Assembly (NCBI GenBank): GCA_900769905.1
Contig: CAAGIL010000170.1
Span: 10,542-74,541, forward strand
Direction of reading: 5' to 3'
From: Rikenellaceae bacterium
GTDB taxonomy: Bacteria > Bacteroidota > Bacteroidia > Bacteroidales > UBA932
Length of the DNA stretch: 64,000 nt
The position numbers and the translations under genes were made by a program. The notes below the pieces were generated by a model. The model searched no databases, was not told the origin of the DNA, and saw only the letters and a list, made by a program, of their open reading frames with translations. Positions 1 through 10,076 of this stretch are shown piece by piece; position 1 is the first letter of the stretch; the number at the start of each line of letters is the position of its first letter.

Positions 1-1859
1 CGGGCCACGTGGATTTCACTGTGGAGGTTGAGCGTTCGCTCCGTGTCCTGGACGGTACCGTTGCTACTTTCTGCGCAGTAGGCCGCGTGCAGCCTCAGTC
101 AGAGACTGTATGGCGTCAGGCTGACAAGTACAGGGTGCCGAAGATTGCATACGTGAACAAAATGGACCGTGTGGGTGCGGACTTCCTCGCCTGTGTTGAG
201 GAAATCAAGACCAAGCTCGGTGCCACCGCAGTTCCAATCTGTCTCCCTATCGGCGCAGAAGAAAAGTTCAAGGGTATCATCGACCTTATCGCAAAGAAGG
301 CCATCGTATACCACACGGGTGAGGAACTCGTAAACTACGAGATTCAGGACATCCCTGAGGATATGGCTGACCAGGTTGCCCTCTGGAGGGACAAGCTCGT
401 AGAAGCTGCCGCTGAGTGCGATGAGAACCTTATGGACAAATATTTCGAAGATCCGGAGTCCATTACCGACGAGGAGATTATCGCAGCTATCCGCAAGGGT
501 ACCATCGCAATGCAGATCGTTCCTGCCTGCTGCGGTTCTTCCTTCAAGAACAAGGGCGTACAGTTCCTTCTTGACGCAGTAATGAGGTATCTCCCTTCAC
601 CTCTCGACATCGGCGACACCAAGGCTACCGACCTCAACACCGACAAGGAAGTTGACCTCAAGCCTTCTGCCAGCGAGCCTTTCTGCGGACTTGTGTTCAA
701 GATTGCTACCGATCCTTTCGTAGGCCGTCTTGCATACGTTAGAGCTTATTCCGGACATCTTGATGCCGGTTCATACGTGCTCAACACCCGCTCAGGCAAG
801 AAGGAGAGAGTAGCCCGTCTGTACCAGATGCACTCCAACCACCAGAACCCTATCGAGTTCGTTGAGGCAGGTGACATCTGCGCAGCAGTAGGTTTCAAGG
901 ATCTCCGCACCGGAGATACCATTTGCGCTGAAGGCAGCAAGTTCTCCCTCGAGTCTATGGAATTCCCTGATCCGGTTATCGGTATCGCAGTGGAGCCTAA
1001 GACCCAGAAGGATCTCGACAAGCTCGGAATCGCTCTAGCGAAACTTGCAGAAGAGGATCCAACCTTCACCGTGAAGTCAGATCACGAAACAGGCCAGACC
1101 GTCATCAGCGGTATGGGTGAGCTTCACCTGGACATCATCGTAGACCGTCTCCGCAGGGAGTTCGGCGTAGAGATCAACCAGGGTGCTCCTCAGGTTAACT
1201 ATAAGGAAGCCATCACCGGCACTACCCAGCACCGTGAGGTGTTCAAGAAGCAGACCGGTGGTCGTGGTAAGTTCGCCGACATCATCGTAGAGATCGGACC
1301 TGCTGACGAGGGCGTTACCGGACTTCAGTTCGACAATCAGGTCAAGGGTGGAAATGTTCCTAAGGAATTCGTCCCTTGCGTGCAGAAGGGCTTTGAGTCA
1401 GCAATGGCCAATGGCGTTCTTGCAGGCTATGAGGTTCAGTCCCTGAAGGTGACCCTGCTCGACGGTTCTTACCATCCGGTTGACTCCGACCAGCTCTCAT
1501 TCGAGCTTGCAGCACGTATGGCTTTCCGTCACGCCTGCCCTAAGTGCAAGCCTGTCCTTCTCGAACCTATCATGAATCTTGAGGTTGTTACCCCTGAGGA
1601 TTATATGGGAGAGATTGTAGGTGACCTCAACCGTCGTCGCGGACAGATTGTAGCTATGGACTCTACCGCAAACGGAGCCCGTGTCGTAAAGGCCTTCGTT
1701 CCGCTTTCAGAGCAGTTCGGTTATGTGACAGTGCTCCGTACCCTGTCTTCAGGTCGTGCCACCAGCACCATGTCCTTCGACCACTACGCTGAGGTTCCTG
1801 CCGCTATGGCCAAGGATATCATCGAGAAGAGCGGATACAAAGCTTCTGATGACGAATAA
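1..1859 (+). CDS. fusA: Elongation factor G (5'-truncated by the window edge)
   Basis: The translation shows EF-G motifs ([15 protein letters not shown], domains IV-V). The ORF is open to base 1, so the N-terminus lies upstream of the window. Confidence 0.95.
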   Translation, partial: GHVDFTVEVERSLRVLDGTVATFCAVGRVQPQSETVWRQADKYRVPKIAYVNKMDRVGADFLACVEEIKTKLGATAVPICLPIGAEEKFKGIIDLIAKKAIVYHTGEELVNYEIQDIPEDMADQVALWRDKLVEAAAECDENLMDKYFEDPESITDEEIIAAIRKGTIAMQIVPACCGSSFKNKGVQFLLDAVMRYLPSPLDIGDTKATDLNTDKEVDLKPSASEPFCGLVFKIATDPFVGRLAYVRAYSGHLDAGSYVLNTRSGKKERVARLYQMHSNHQNPIEFVEAGDICAAVGFKDLRTGDTICAEGSKFSLESMEFPDPVIGIAVEPKTQKDLDKLGIALAKLAEEDPTFTVKSDHETGQTVISGMGELHLDIIVDRLRREFGVEINQGAPQVNYKEAITGTTQHREVFKKQTGGRGKFADIIVEIGPADEGVTGLQFDNQVKGGNVPKEFVPCVQKGFESAMANGVLAGYEVQSLKVTLLDGSYHPVDSDQLSFELAARMAFRHACPKCKPVLLEPIMNLEVVTPEDYMGEIVGDLNRRRGQIVAMDSTANGARVVKAFVPLSEQFGYVTVLRTLSSGRATSTMSFDHYAEVPAAMAKDIIEKSGYKASDDE

Positions 1860-1885
1860 TTAACAGAATAAAAGAATTCATCAAT

Positions 1886-2191
1886 ATGAGTCAGAAAATT
1901 AGAATTAAACTCAAGTCTTTCGATCATATGCTCGTGGACAAGTCCGTGGCCAAGATCGTTGAGACAGTGAAGTCTACCGGTGCGAAGGTGAATGGCCCAA
2001 TTCCTCTCCCTACCAACAAGAAGATCTTCACGGTTAACCGCTCCACCTTCGTGAACAAGAAGGCTCGCGAGCAGTTTGAGCTCGATTCATACCGCAGACT
2101 TCTCGATATCGAAGAGTCCAACGCCAAGACCGTTGACGCTCTTATGAAGCTCGAGTTGCCTTCAGGTGTAGAGGTAGAGATCAAAGTCTGA
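1886..2191 (+). CDS. rpsJ: 30S ribosomal protein S10
   Basis: The 101-aa product aligns with S10 along its length ([14 protein letters not shown]...LPTNKK...). It sits immediately after fusA, as in the str/S10 arrangement. Confidence 0.95.
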   Translation: MSQKIRIKLKSFDHMLVDKSVAKIVETVKSTGAKVNGPIPLPTNKKIFTVNRSTFVNKKAREQFELDSYRRLLDIEESNAKTVDALMKLELPSGVEVEIKV

Positions 2192-2220
2192 TATCGGGCG
2201 GTATTAAGACCGCCCAGAAA

Positions 2221-2294
2221 GGTCCCTTAGCTCAGTTGGTTAGAGCACCTGACTCATAATCAGGGAGTCGCAGGATCATGCCCTGCAGGGACCA
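2221..2294 (+). tRNA. tRNA-Met, anticodon CAU, probable elongator (Ile2-lysidine not excluded)
   Basis: A cloverleaf was drawn by hand. The acceptor is GGTCCCT/AGGGACC with a G1:C72 pair. The D-arm is GCTCAGTTGGTTAGAGC and the anticodon loop is CTCATAA. It strongly resembles E. coli elongator tRNA-Met. CCA is not encoded. Confidence 0.8.
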
Positions 2295-2298
2295 CAAA

Positions 2299-2339
2299 TC
2301 AAGCCGCTTACGATAAGCTCGTGAGCGGCTTGATTTTTT
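2299..2339 (+). terminator. Rho-independent terminator after the tRNA
   Basis: An inverted repeat AAGCCGCTnACG...CGTGAGCGGCTT is followed by a T6 run. Confidence 0.6.
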
Positions 2340-2503
2340 GTGGCCAGAGGAATTATGCATCCATTAATTCTCCATACTCTCAACATATCTATTCATATTG
2401 CATTCATTTCAATCGGAGCTGACCTCGACTACGGGCTCGCCAAGGGGCATGGTACGCGAAATCGTCTTCTTCATATGTAAACTAATAAACTTTCGGAACC
2501 CTG

Positions 2504-3808
2504 CTACAGCGGAATTGATACGCCGAGAAGGAAGGAGTAAATCGTATCGTAGTAGTTGGAAGTGGCTGAGGACAAACTGTCCGTCAAGTTCCGGCGATAG
2601 TTGTATGGAACAATGGACAGATGCGGTTCCAGATAGACTGCCAGCCTGGAGAAAGCATTGTACCGGAGCTGAATGCCCGTGCTGAGACCCAGGTACTGGC
2701 GCTTGATGTCATAGCTGTGGTCGTACTTTAGCATCCAGCCGTATTCCGGCCCCAGAAACAGAGGGAGAGAGATGTATTTCTTGATATCCTTAAAGTAATA
2801 CATAGGATCGAACATTACTTCTCCCCGCAAGCCAAAGTAGTAGGAAAACTTGTTCACGGACCCCACAAGCCTTTTCCATACATCGCGGGAATAGAAAACG
2901 GACATCCTGACCGACACCGGCCCGGAAAGGGGGATACCTAGGGCAACGCTTGCCGCTTCCCGGGAGGAAGGAAGAAAGCCTACTGTAGAGGCGACCAGAT
3001 CGGATGCCTGGAAGGCAAAGCCGGCGGATACATCCAGTGACAGGCCGCGGCTGCCGATTTCACTGATAAACTGCTTGAAGCTCGGGATGCCGCCGGAAGG
3101 GAGGCGGAATACGAGGCCTGAAGAGATTCCGAATCCGTTGTCATTACTCTGCCAACTCACATTATTGTAGCCATCCAGCCCATCCGTATAAAATGAAATG
3201 AACGGTTCAAGGAAGACATCCAGCATTTTGTTTATCTGGAAGTTGACATCAAAGCCCAGGCGTATATGCCCTGACATATACCATTCGCCGTCAGTATTGG
3301 ACAAATCGAAGCCGACAGCTTCAAGAGTCGAAACGGAAACGGTTCTGGATGAGCGGTAACCGCTCAAATATGAGCTGATGTCAAAGTGATGCATAGCTTC
3401 GATGCCTCCTCCGGAAACCTTTGAGCCGTCCACATTGCGGCGGAAAGACATTCCGGAAAGACCAAGGGATATGGAATTGTAACGGTCGAAGGCCTTCCCG
3501 ACTTCCAATCCTCCTATGCCGCCCCACGAAAACGAAGAATAGTCCCGTTTGGCAAGCTGAAAGGCACCAAAATTCAACTTCAGATACAGATTGTCCATAA
3601 AACTGTTGTTGACGAAGGGCTCGTCCTTGGGACGGTAACGTTTCTGAAGGCGATATTCCAGGGCATTGAACCCCCTTGAGGCGGCAAGTGAATCCTGAAC
3701 TGTCTTGACGGAATCCTGAACTGTCGCAACACCGGGAGAGGACTCCGTCGGCATCGCCACGGAGAGAAAGCAGGAAAGTATATAAGTGCTGAGTAGTGAC
3801 ATAATCAA
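2504..3808 (-). CDS. Putative outer-membrane beta-barrel protein (last gene of the pilus operon)
   Basis: A 434-aa ORF with an N-terminal signal-like hydrophobic stretch. It is Gly/Ser/Tyr/Phe-rich with alternating hydrophobic patterns typical of OM beta-strands. Its start overlaps the upstream stop by 4 nt. No family was recognised. Confidence 0.5.
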   Translation of the reverse strand: MIMSLLSTYILSCFLSVAMPTESSPGVATVQDSVKTVQDSLAASRGFNALEYRLQKRYRPKDEPFVNNSFMDNLYLKLNFGAFQLAKRDYSSFSWGGIGGLEVGKAFDRYNSISLGLSGMSFRRNVDGSKVSGGGIEAMHHFDISSYLSGYRSSRTVSVSTLEAVGFDLSNTDGEWYMSGHIRLGFDVNFQINKMLDVFLEPFISFYTDGLDGYNNVSWQSNDNGFGISSGLVFRLPSGGIPSFKQFISEIGSRGLSLDVSAGFAFQASDLVASTVGFLPSSREAASVALGIPLSGPVSVRMSVFYSRDVWKRLVGSVNKFSYYFGLRGEVMFDPMYYFKDIKKYISLPLFLGPEYGWMLKYDHSYDIKRQYLGLSTGIQLRYNAFSRLAVYLEPHLSIVPYNYRRNLTDSLSSATSNYYDTIYSFLLGVSIPL

Positions 3809-6054
3809 GGATTGTTATAACGGTCAAGTGCTGATTTGAAGATGTATTCCACAATGTCTCCATCACCGGCGGCTATATCTATATAGGATTTGTCTTTCTG
3901 GAAACAGGAAAGCAGATAATCCTCACTTACTATATCGTCCATAAAATCTCCGCCTCTGGCAGCCTTGCGCCCATAGATGACGGACCACAGGTAATCGGTC
4001 AGCGGGTCATTGGGGTCAAGTTCCGCCATTGCCTCCTCTGCCATCGCATCATAGCTTTTTGTGTTCATCGCAAGACTCAACACCACCTTGTTCCGTGGCG
4101 AACTCGCCGATACATTTTCGAAAACCTTTCTCGCCCGGGCTTTCTCCTCCGGGGTGTCGCCCCCTTTGTAATAACCTCCCAGACATAGGGCGAAGGATGT
4201 CACAAGGGCATTCTTCTCATTGTCACCGAGGATGTTGGTGAGCTGTCCTGCCTTGCGGAAGTTATTGTCCATCACATACATAATCATCTGATTGGCAACA
4301 ACTGCCTCCGGATTGATTATATCATAGCCGTCCCCGCCGAACCTCCTCCTCTGGAAATCAGTCCTCGGAGTAGCCAAATCTATGAACTGCCCGAGCAGGG
4401 TTGTGTCACAGACTCCGCGGGCAATATATGACTCGGCAAGATTGCAGGCAGCCAGAATCCACGGCTTGCCGTTCGACATTTCAGATTCTTTATAAGCTCT
4501 CAGATACAGTTTTTCCAGCTCAAGCGGGTCTTTGACCATATTGAAAAGATGCCAGTATTCATACAGGGCAAATTGTTTCCGTCCGCTCCTGTAGTCCTCA
4601 TCGTTTTGATAGCGGTCAAGGATTTCTGCAGGGGTAAGTTCCCTGTATAAGTCGTACTTGAATGAATAGTTTACGGACCGGAGCTTAGGAAGGTATAATG
4701 AAATCACGCTCTTGTAGAACGGAAGCGAGCGTATTCTTTCCCATTGGCGGTCCTGGCCTCCGGGATACTTTTCCACTATGTCCCTAATAGCCTTCGCCTC
4801 GGTTTTCAGCGAGTCTGCCTCCAGCAGGTCGGCAACGTCAGACCACGGGGCAACTTCTGCCTTTGTGGTTATGTAAATCTTGTTCTTGTTCGGAATGATT
4901 GCAGTAATCTGTCCGAGGATATATTCCATCCTGCGCTTTGCCAGAGCAAGGTTGGAAGCGTATGATCCGTCAGGGGATGCAATTCCGACAATGTGAAACT
5001 CCTTCAGCTGGGAACCTTCTCCGTGGATGATGTCCAGCAGGGCCTGTTTGACCGAATCTATCTGACGGAGGCCAAGTGTGTCCTCATCAGAAAGGACTGC
5101 CTGCCCGACCTTGAAGGTAAGGGACATGCTTCCGTCTGCACCTCTTTTCTCCCTGTTTGGTCTTTCGACATAGTCATTAGGGTTGAGATGGTAGGGGGCC
5201 ATTGAATATTCCAGAAATCTGAGCGGCCTCCTCAGACGGGACGATGCAAGGAAGTGGTCTTTCTCGAAATAGGTTATGTTGTAATCTTCCATTGAAATGA
5301 TTCCCTTCACCTGATAGTAGCGTGAAGGGTCTTCAATGTAGATTGTGTCAGCCCAGTTGACGCTCTGACTCTCCGCAGTCAGAGTATCTTTGCTGACAAA
5401 TGGAGTAAGGGGGTCATTGTCGGAGGAATATCCCATCAGGCGCAACTGGGTCAATCGGTACTCCAAACCGTCCATTACGGTCGGCTTCAGGAACCGGAGC
5501 GTGTCCCCGGTGTTGCCGTCCAGCAGCATAGGCTGAACTATCATTCTCGCATTGGTCTTTCCAGAATTGGCCGGCAAACTTATGGTGCACCTGCTCTTGA
5601 GGTAGTTGCCTTCAATTTCGCCCTGTGGGTCCAGCACGCCCACAACGTCCCTGACGGCAGTCACGGTGGAGGTGTTGATGTAGTTTCCCATCTCGATGCG
5701 GACATTGATTTCCATTCTGAAATTGACGGGTTCAAGGAGAGCTTCTTTCATCTCGGCCTTGAAAATCAGGGCGCCGGTCTCCGCCACTGGAATCTCATAG
5801 TATCCGTTGTCGTCAGGATGGGCCTCAGCATCCGGTATCACGATACTGTTTTCATCCCCGTCCATCTGTTTTTTTACGTCCTGGGCTGCTGCAACGGTGT
5901 TGAATGCATAGATATTTACGACCACCTGCTGCAAGTCAATTGGCTTGCCTGTGGTCTTGTCGAGAATTCGGCCGCTCACTCTCTTCAGGTCCTGTGAATG
6001 GCAGGGGAGAAGGGACAGAAGTGCCAATATTATGCATAAACAGCGTTGCTTCAT
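3805..6054 (-). CDS. Large secreted protein with a central OmpA-like peptidoglycan-binding motif and a helical C-terminal region
   Basis: The N-terminus MKQRCLCIILALLSLLPC reads as a signal peptide. The segment HIVGIASPDGSYASNLALAKRRMEYIL matches the OmpA/MotB GxTDxxG...N..LS..RA pattern. Stop and start overlap both neighbours. Confidence 0.6.
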   Translation of the reverse strand: MKQRCLCIILALLSLLPCHSQDLKRVSGRILDKTTGKPIDLQQVVVNIYAFNTVAAAQDVKKQMDGDENSIVIPDAEAHPDDNGYYEIPVAETGALIFKAEMKEALLEPVNFRMEINVRIEMGNYINTSTVTAVRDVVGVLDPQGEIEGNYLKSRCTISLPANSGKTNARMIVQPMLLDGNTGDTLRFLKPTVMDGLEYRLTQLRLMGYSSDNDPLTPFVSKDTLTAESQSVNWADTIYIEDPSRYYQVKGIISMEDYNITYFEKDHFLASSRLRRPLRFLEYSMAPYHLNPNDYVERPNREKRGADGSMSLTFKVGQAVLSDEDTLGLRQIDSVKQALLDIIHGEGSQLKEFHIVGIASPDGSYASNLALAKRRMEYILGQITAIIPNKNKIYITTKAEVAPWSDVADLLEADSLKTEAKAIRDIVEKYPGGQDRQWERIRSLPFYKSVISLYLPKLRSVNYSFKYDLYRELTPAEILDRYQNDEDYRSGRKQFALYEYWHLFNMVKDPLELEKLYLRAYKESEMSNGKPWILAACNLAESYIARGVCDTTLLGQFIDLATPRTDFQRRRFGGDGYDIINPEAVVANQMIMYVMDNNFRKAGQLTNILGDNEKNALVTSFALCLGGYYKGGDTPEEKARARKVFENVSASSPRNKVVLSLAMNTKSYDAMAEEAMAELDPNDPLTDYLWSVIYGRKAARGGDFMDDIVSEDYLLSCFQKDKSYIDIAAGDGDIVEYIFKSALDRYNNP

Positions 6055-6659
6055 CTTATTATATATATGAATGTGACACCCAGATTGGAAGGAAGAAAGT
6101 CGCAGCCTTTGGATATGGCCCAGTCATCTCCTCCTTCATAACTGCCGCTGAAACTGTCTGATGCACCATATCTTTTCTGGTTATAGAATATGAGGGACAG
6201 GCCTCCGGAAAACTCCAGTGCGCAGCGTTTGTTCAGGGGCATCACATAGCCCGCAGTAAGTCCCAATCCTCCTGTTGAGCCTTTATAAACCCTTGAAGAA
6301 AGAGTCATATCGTAGGTTGAATACAGTGCGGAAACCCCAATGTATTCCCTGTTGAAAGGCCTTCCGGAGAACCAGTAACGGAACTGCGGCTGCACAGACA
6401 TGAGCCTGGAGTCCAGTCCGTATGGATGCCAGTGACCGGACACGCTGACACCTGCAGTGGTCTTCTCTCCGACTACCATATCAACTCCGGCATCAGGGGT
6501 CATCAATGCATACTTCAAGGCATTGATGTGCACGGCAATCTGTTGTGCGCCAAGTCTCTGCCCGCACAGAAATGCGGACAGAGACACGAGCACAACTATA
6601 GCAGTATGAAGGTTTTTGCTCAAATCATTAGATTTCTGCACCTTCTTCAGGAGTACCAT
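6051..6659 (-). CDS. DUF3575-family small outer-membrane protein (copy 2)
   Basis: The 202-aa product has a signal peptide. Motifs HINALKYAL..P..G, QPQFRYWF and a C-terminal aromatic strand pattern are typical of DUF3575 proteins found at the head of Bacteroidales fimbrial loci. Confidence 0.65.
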   Translation of the reverse strand: MVLLKKVQKSNDLSKNLHTAIVVLVSLSAFLCGQRLGAQQIAVHINALKYALMTPDAGVDMVVGEKTTAGVSVSGHWHPYGLDSRLMSVQPQFRYWFSGRPFNREYIGVSALYSTYDMTLSSRVYKGSTGGLGLTAGYVMPLNKRCALEFSGGLSLIFYNQKRYGASDSFSGSYEGGDDWAISKGCDFLPSNLGVTFIYIIR

Positions 6660-7686
6660 CCTGCCATTCCTCGAGTGAGGTCTGTATGATGGTAACTTCT
6701 TCAGGTTTGTTCACCGTCACGGTAAAGTAGTATCTGTAGCCCGCCTCGTAGGATGAGGATCCGTTAATCGGGAGCTCAAGTACGTGAGTGTCGGTGTTTT
6801 CATCGTGTGTGAACGTGAGGGTGATGACAGCAGTATAGCTTGTGGAAGGATAAGCAAGGATGGTACACAGGTCGCTTGTCGAGGTAGTAGGCTGGACGCT
6901 CAAATCGGTAAAACCGATCCGGCCGTTGCCCCCAGGAACAAGCGTTCCGGCTGAAGCCTCATCTCCTGCCTTGCAAACACAAAGGCTTGCGTTTGTGTAA
7001 GTATCCTTGAGTTCCATTCCTGTCACCTTGATGTCGTAGTCCGTTATCTCCGCATCATTGCTTACGACCTTGAAAGCCAGGGCGGTAAGCAAGTGCTTGT
7101 ACTGGAGTTTCGGGAAATACGCACTTTCCTCTCCCGCTTTGCCAACGGCACGGCAATACCTCGCATTGAAACCGGTTAAACGGTTGTATTCCGCCGCCCC
7201 AGCCTTGGCCCAGAGAATATCGGTGTCTCCAAGGGAATAGGTGATGGAGTAGCTTCCGTTCTCAAGGCTTGCAGGCTGACTTTCGGAATTGGAATATGGA
7301 TAATAACTGTAGAAAGTATACGCATATCTGCTTCCGAAAGGATAGTAAATCTTTGGCGAGAATACTATGCTGCCGTCTACGCCGGTGGTCACGTGTTTGT
7401 TGTCGATGAGTGTGGTCCATACGTCGCCCTGATTCCAGTCAACGGTTTCCAGTCCGTCGCCGGTTTTCTCGGCCACGCCTATGATTCCCACATCAAGACC
7501 GTTCATCACGTTGCCGGTAACAATGCCCTTTGTCTGAGCACTGATGCTTCCGGATGTGCTGAACAACACGGGAACAGGCTTGGTGTCATCTTCGATCCAG
7601 GCATTCTCTTCCTCAGCCATTTCGGCTTTGGAGCAGGATGCCAAGGATGCCAGGGCCAATAAGCCCAAAAGATAAAACCTCTTCAT
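6628..7686 (-). CDS. Fimbrillin-family lipoprotein (Mfa1/FimA-like type V pilin), paralog 1
   Basis: It carries a lipoprotein signal (LASLASC) and a conserved PVPVLFS motif. A ..QTK|G.. segment resembles the Lys/Arg processing site of type V pilins. It is paralogous to the next two genes. Confidence 0.7.
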   Translation of the reverse strand: MKRFYLLGLLALASLASCSKAEMAEEENAWIEDDTKPVPVLFSTSGSISAQTKGIVTGNVMNGLDVGIIGVAEKTGDGLETVDWNQGDVWTTLIDNKHVTTGVDGSIVFSPKIYYPFGSRYAYTFYSYYPYSNSESQPASLENGSYSITYSLGDTDILWAKAGAAEYNRLTGFNARYCRAVGKAGEESAYFPKLQYKHLLTALAFKVVSNDAEITDYDIKVTGMELKDTYTNASLCVCKAGDEASAGTLVPGGNGRIGFTDLSVQPTTSTSDLCTILAYPSTSYTAVITLTFTHDENTDTHVLELPINGSSSYEAGYRYYFTVTVNKPEEVTIIQTSLEEWQDGTPEEGAEI

Positions 7687-7698
7687 AGAGAGATAGGA

Positions 7699-8826
7699 TT
7701 ATTCCGTTGGTATGTCATCCTCGTCGAGGGTAGCGTTACCGCCTTCTTTCCAATCTTCGAGTTCTGCGGTAATCTTGACTTCCTCAAGACCGTAGATGAC
7801 GATGGTGATTTTGTATGAATATCCTGCCTCAAAGGCGACAGCGTCTTCCGGTGCACCAACAACATTACCAATCTCAATCTGCCATTCCTGCTCTGGAATG
7901 TCTGTGCTGACACCATCCTGGCTGGTCTTGAGTTTAAGAGTGTAAGCTGCCTCTCCAGGGATAACCATAATGCTCTCACCAATTTGCTTGGGGTTGTCTC
8001 TTGTCTCGACATATGCATTAGGCTTGACAGAAGTCAAATCCTGGGCATTTCCTTCAGCATTGATTTCCTGGAGCTTGAAGCTTGTCACATCCTCCGTGAC
8101 ATCTGCAATACCGCGTTCGCCCACAACAACCAGGTTACCCTTGTACTTGGAGTCTACAGTGATATAATCTACATTTACATTGCTTCCAGAAGCAGAACCG
8201 GCCACGATTTCAAAGGTGAACCTTGCAAGCTGGTGCTGGAACTTGAGAGTCGGATGTACATTACGCCTTGCAGCATATGCGCTGTAGGCATTATTCTCAG
8301 TAATGCTGGCTCCAACCTTATCAATGTCAGCCTGCTGGTCAGCCTTGGCAATCAAAAGGTCCTGGGCTCCGTTAATCTCGAATGGCACATATACTCTGGC
8401 TGCTTCACGCACAGGCTCTCCCGTCGCTGCATCATCAACGTGATAGCCGTAGAAGTCATAGCGATTCTTGGCAACATAGTAGAATGGTTCGGCAGGATCA
8501 ACGCTTGCATTCAAAACCTCGATTGCCCCGCTGGCAGTTCCGCCAGGTGCGGTAGCCCTTACATTGTTGATGAAAGGCTCCGTGGTAAAGTCAGAGACTG
8601 TCCTGTCATAGCCGTAAATGTAAAGGTCCTGCTCGTTCCATTGGTTGTTCCCAATAGTACCCACAGCGCCGGTTGATTTGGTGCTGACGGAGCTTGTCAT
8701 GGACACTGCGCTGAAGCGTACAGGAACCGGAGTTCCGTCGTCCAGAACGTCATCGTTCACGTTGCTCTTTGTGCAACCTGAAAGAAGGATTGCAAACGTA
8801 GTTGCGAAAAATAAAAACTTTTTCAT
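7699..8826 (-). CDS. Fimbrillin-family lipoprotein, paralog 2
   Basis: Lipobox LLSGC, then GTPVPVRFSA and STK|STGAV. Same family as paralogs 1 and 3. Confidence 0.7.
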   Translation of the reverse strand: MKKFLFFATTFAILLSGCTKSNVNDDVLDDGTPVPVRFSAVSMTSSVSTKSTGAVGTIGNNQWNEQDLYIYGYDRTVSDFTTEPFINNVRATAPGGTASGAIEVLNASVDPAEPFYYVAKNRYDFYGYHVDDAATGEPVREAARVYVPFEINGAQDLLIAKADQQADIDKVGASITENNAYSAYAARRNVHPTLKFQHQLARFTFEIVAGSASGSNVNVDYITVDSKYKGNLVVVGERGIADVTEDVTSFKLQEINAEGNAQDLTSVKPNAYVETRDNPKQIGESIMVIPGEAAYTLKLKTSQDGVSTDIPEQEWQIEIGNVVGAPEDAVAFEAGYSYKITIVIYGLEEVKITAELEDWKEGGNATLDEDDIPTE

Positions 8827-8875
8827 AACTTTTTTGATTAAAAGTTTAACAAATAAGGTTGATATAAAAAAACTG

Positions 8876-10072
8876 TTAATAGTATTCGTCTTCCTTGTCC
8901 AGAATGATGTATCCGCCTGTGCCCCAAGGTTCCACGTCCACCGTAATGTCCACTGACATCATTTCATAGATTGCCATTTTCACGACATACTGATGCCCGG
9001 GTTTGAACCCTTCTGCCAGGCTGATGGTGAAGGGCAGGGGATGGACTACCTTACCGGTATTGGTCTCATAATTCACAATGGCAATTTCGTAGGATGTGTC
9101 CGGGGCCACGAGGATTGTACCTCCCACCTGAACTCCTTGACGCTCAAATATTGGTAATGAGAAGTCCCCTTCATATTGGGTGTGGTAGGTGTTCTGTTTG
9201 AGAGGAGAGCCGTCCTGCTCGCAAAGGAACAGATCGCTGCGTGTAGATGATGCTTCGAAGTCAAGGCCCATAAGGGAGGGGTCTGAGGATGCCACGGTAA
9301 ACTCTGCTTCAGTTTTGCTTTTGACGCGTACCTCATTGACATACACCTCGTTGGAGCCGGGGAGTCCGGGATAGATTTCAAACCTGAGCCTGGTCAGATG
9401 GTGCTTGAACTGAAGTACGGGATTGACATTGCGGCGCGCCGTCCAGCTGCTGAAGGAGTACTTCTCGAGCATCTGGATATCATCATCCGTAAAGCCTCTG
9501 CCTGCCACCTGGTCCCTGGAAAACTCGGCGTAGGCGGTCATCAGGTCTCTGCTTCCGTCGATCTCCACCGGGAAAGACACCGAAGTCCCCGTCCTGGTGA
9601 CGGAAGAAGCATCCACCTCGGCATCATCCAGATAATAGGCAAAGAAATCATACGGCTCTTTTCCAAGCGGATAATATACATTCTGCTTGGCGTTTTCCCA
9701 GGTGATATAGCCGTCCACACCTTCATATATGGCCTTCCTGCCAAGTGTTGATTCCGGGTCGTCAAGCGATGCATCCACAAGAGTGTTCGGATTGTTTTCG
9801 GAAGCCGGGTAAGAATAGGACTCTGCGTCTTTTTTGAACGCATAGACATACACGTCAACGTCCTTCCACAACTTCCCGTCTTCTGCGTCCACCGCTCCTG
9901 TTCCCTTTGTGTAGCCGTTCTGAAGACTTCCCATAGAGATGACCACCGGTACGGGAACACCCATATCGAGATCATCATACTGATCGTCGGTAATGCCTTC
10001 CCACGCCTTGTCTGTGCAGGAAAAGAGTGCCGACGAGCACAATATGGCAAGTATCAGTTTTCCGTACTTCAT
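8876..10072 (-). CDS. Fimbrillin-family lipoprotein, paralog 3
   Basis: Lipobox ALFSC, then GVPVPVVIS and YTK|GTGAVD. Same family as paralogs 1 and 2. Confidence 0.7.
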   Translation of the reverse strand: MKYGKLILAILCSSALFSCTDKAWEGITDDQYDDLDMGVPVPVVISMGSLQNGYTKGTGAVDAEDGKLWKDVDVYVYAFKKDAESYSYPASENNPNTLVDASLDDPESTLGRKAIYEGVDGYITWENAKQNVYYPLGKEPYDFFAYYLDDAEVDASSVTRTGTSVSFPVEIDGSRDLMTAYAEFSRDQVAGRGFTDDDIQMLEKYSFSSWTARRNVNPVLQFKHHLTRLRFEIYPGLPGSNEVYVNEVRVKSKTEAEFTVASSDPSLMGLDFEASSTRSDLFLCEQDGSPLKQNTYHTQYEGDFSLPIFERQGVQVGGTILVAPDTSYEIAIVNYETNTGKVVHPLPFTISLAEGFKPGHQYVVKMAIYEMMSVDITVDVEPWGTGGYIILDKEDEYY

Positions 10073-10076
10073 ATCT

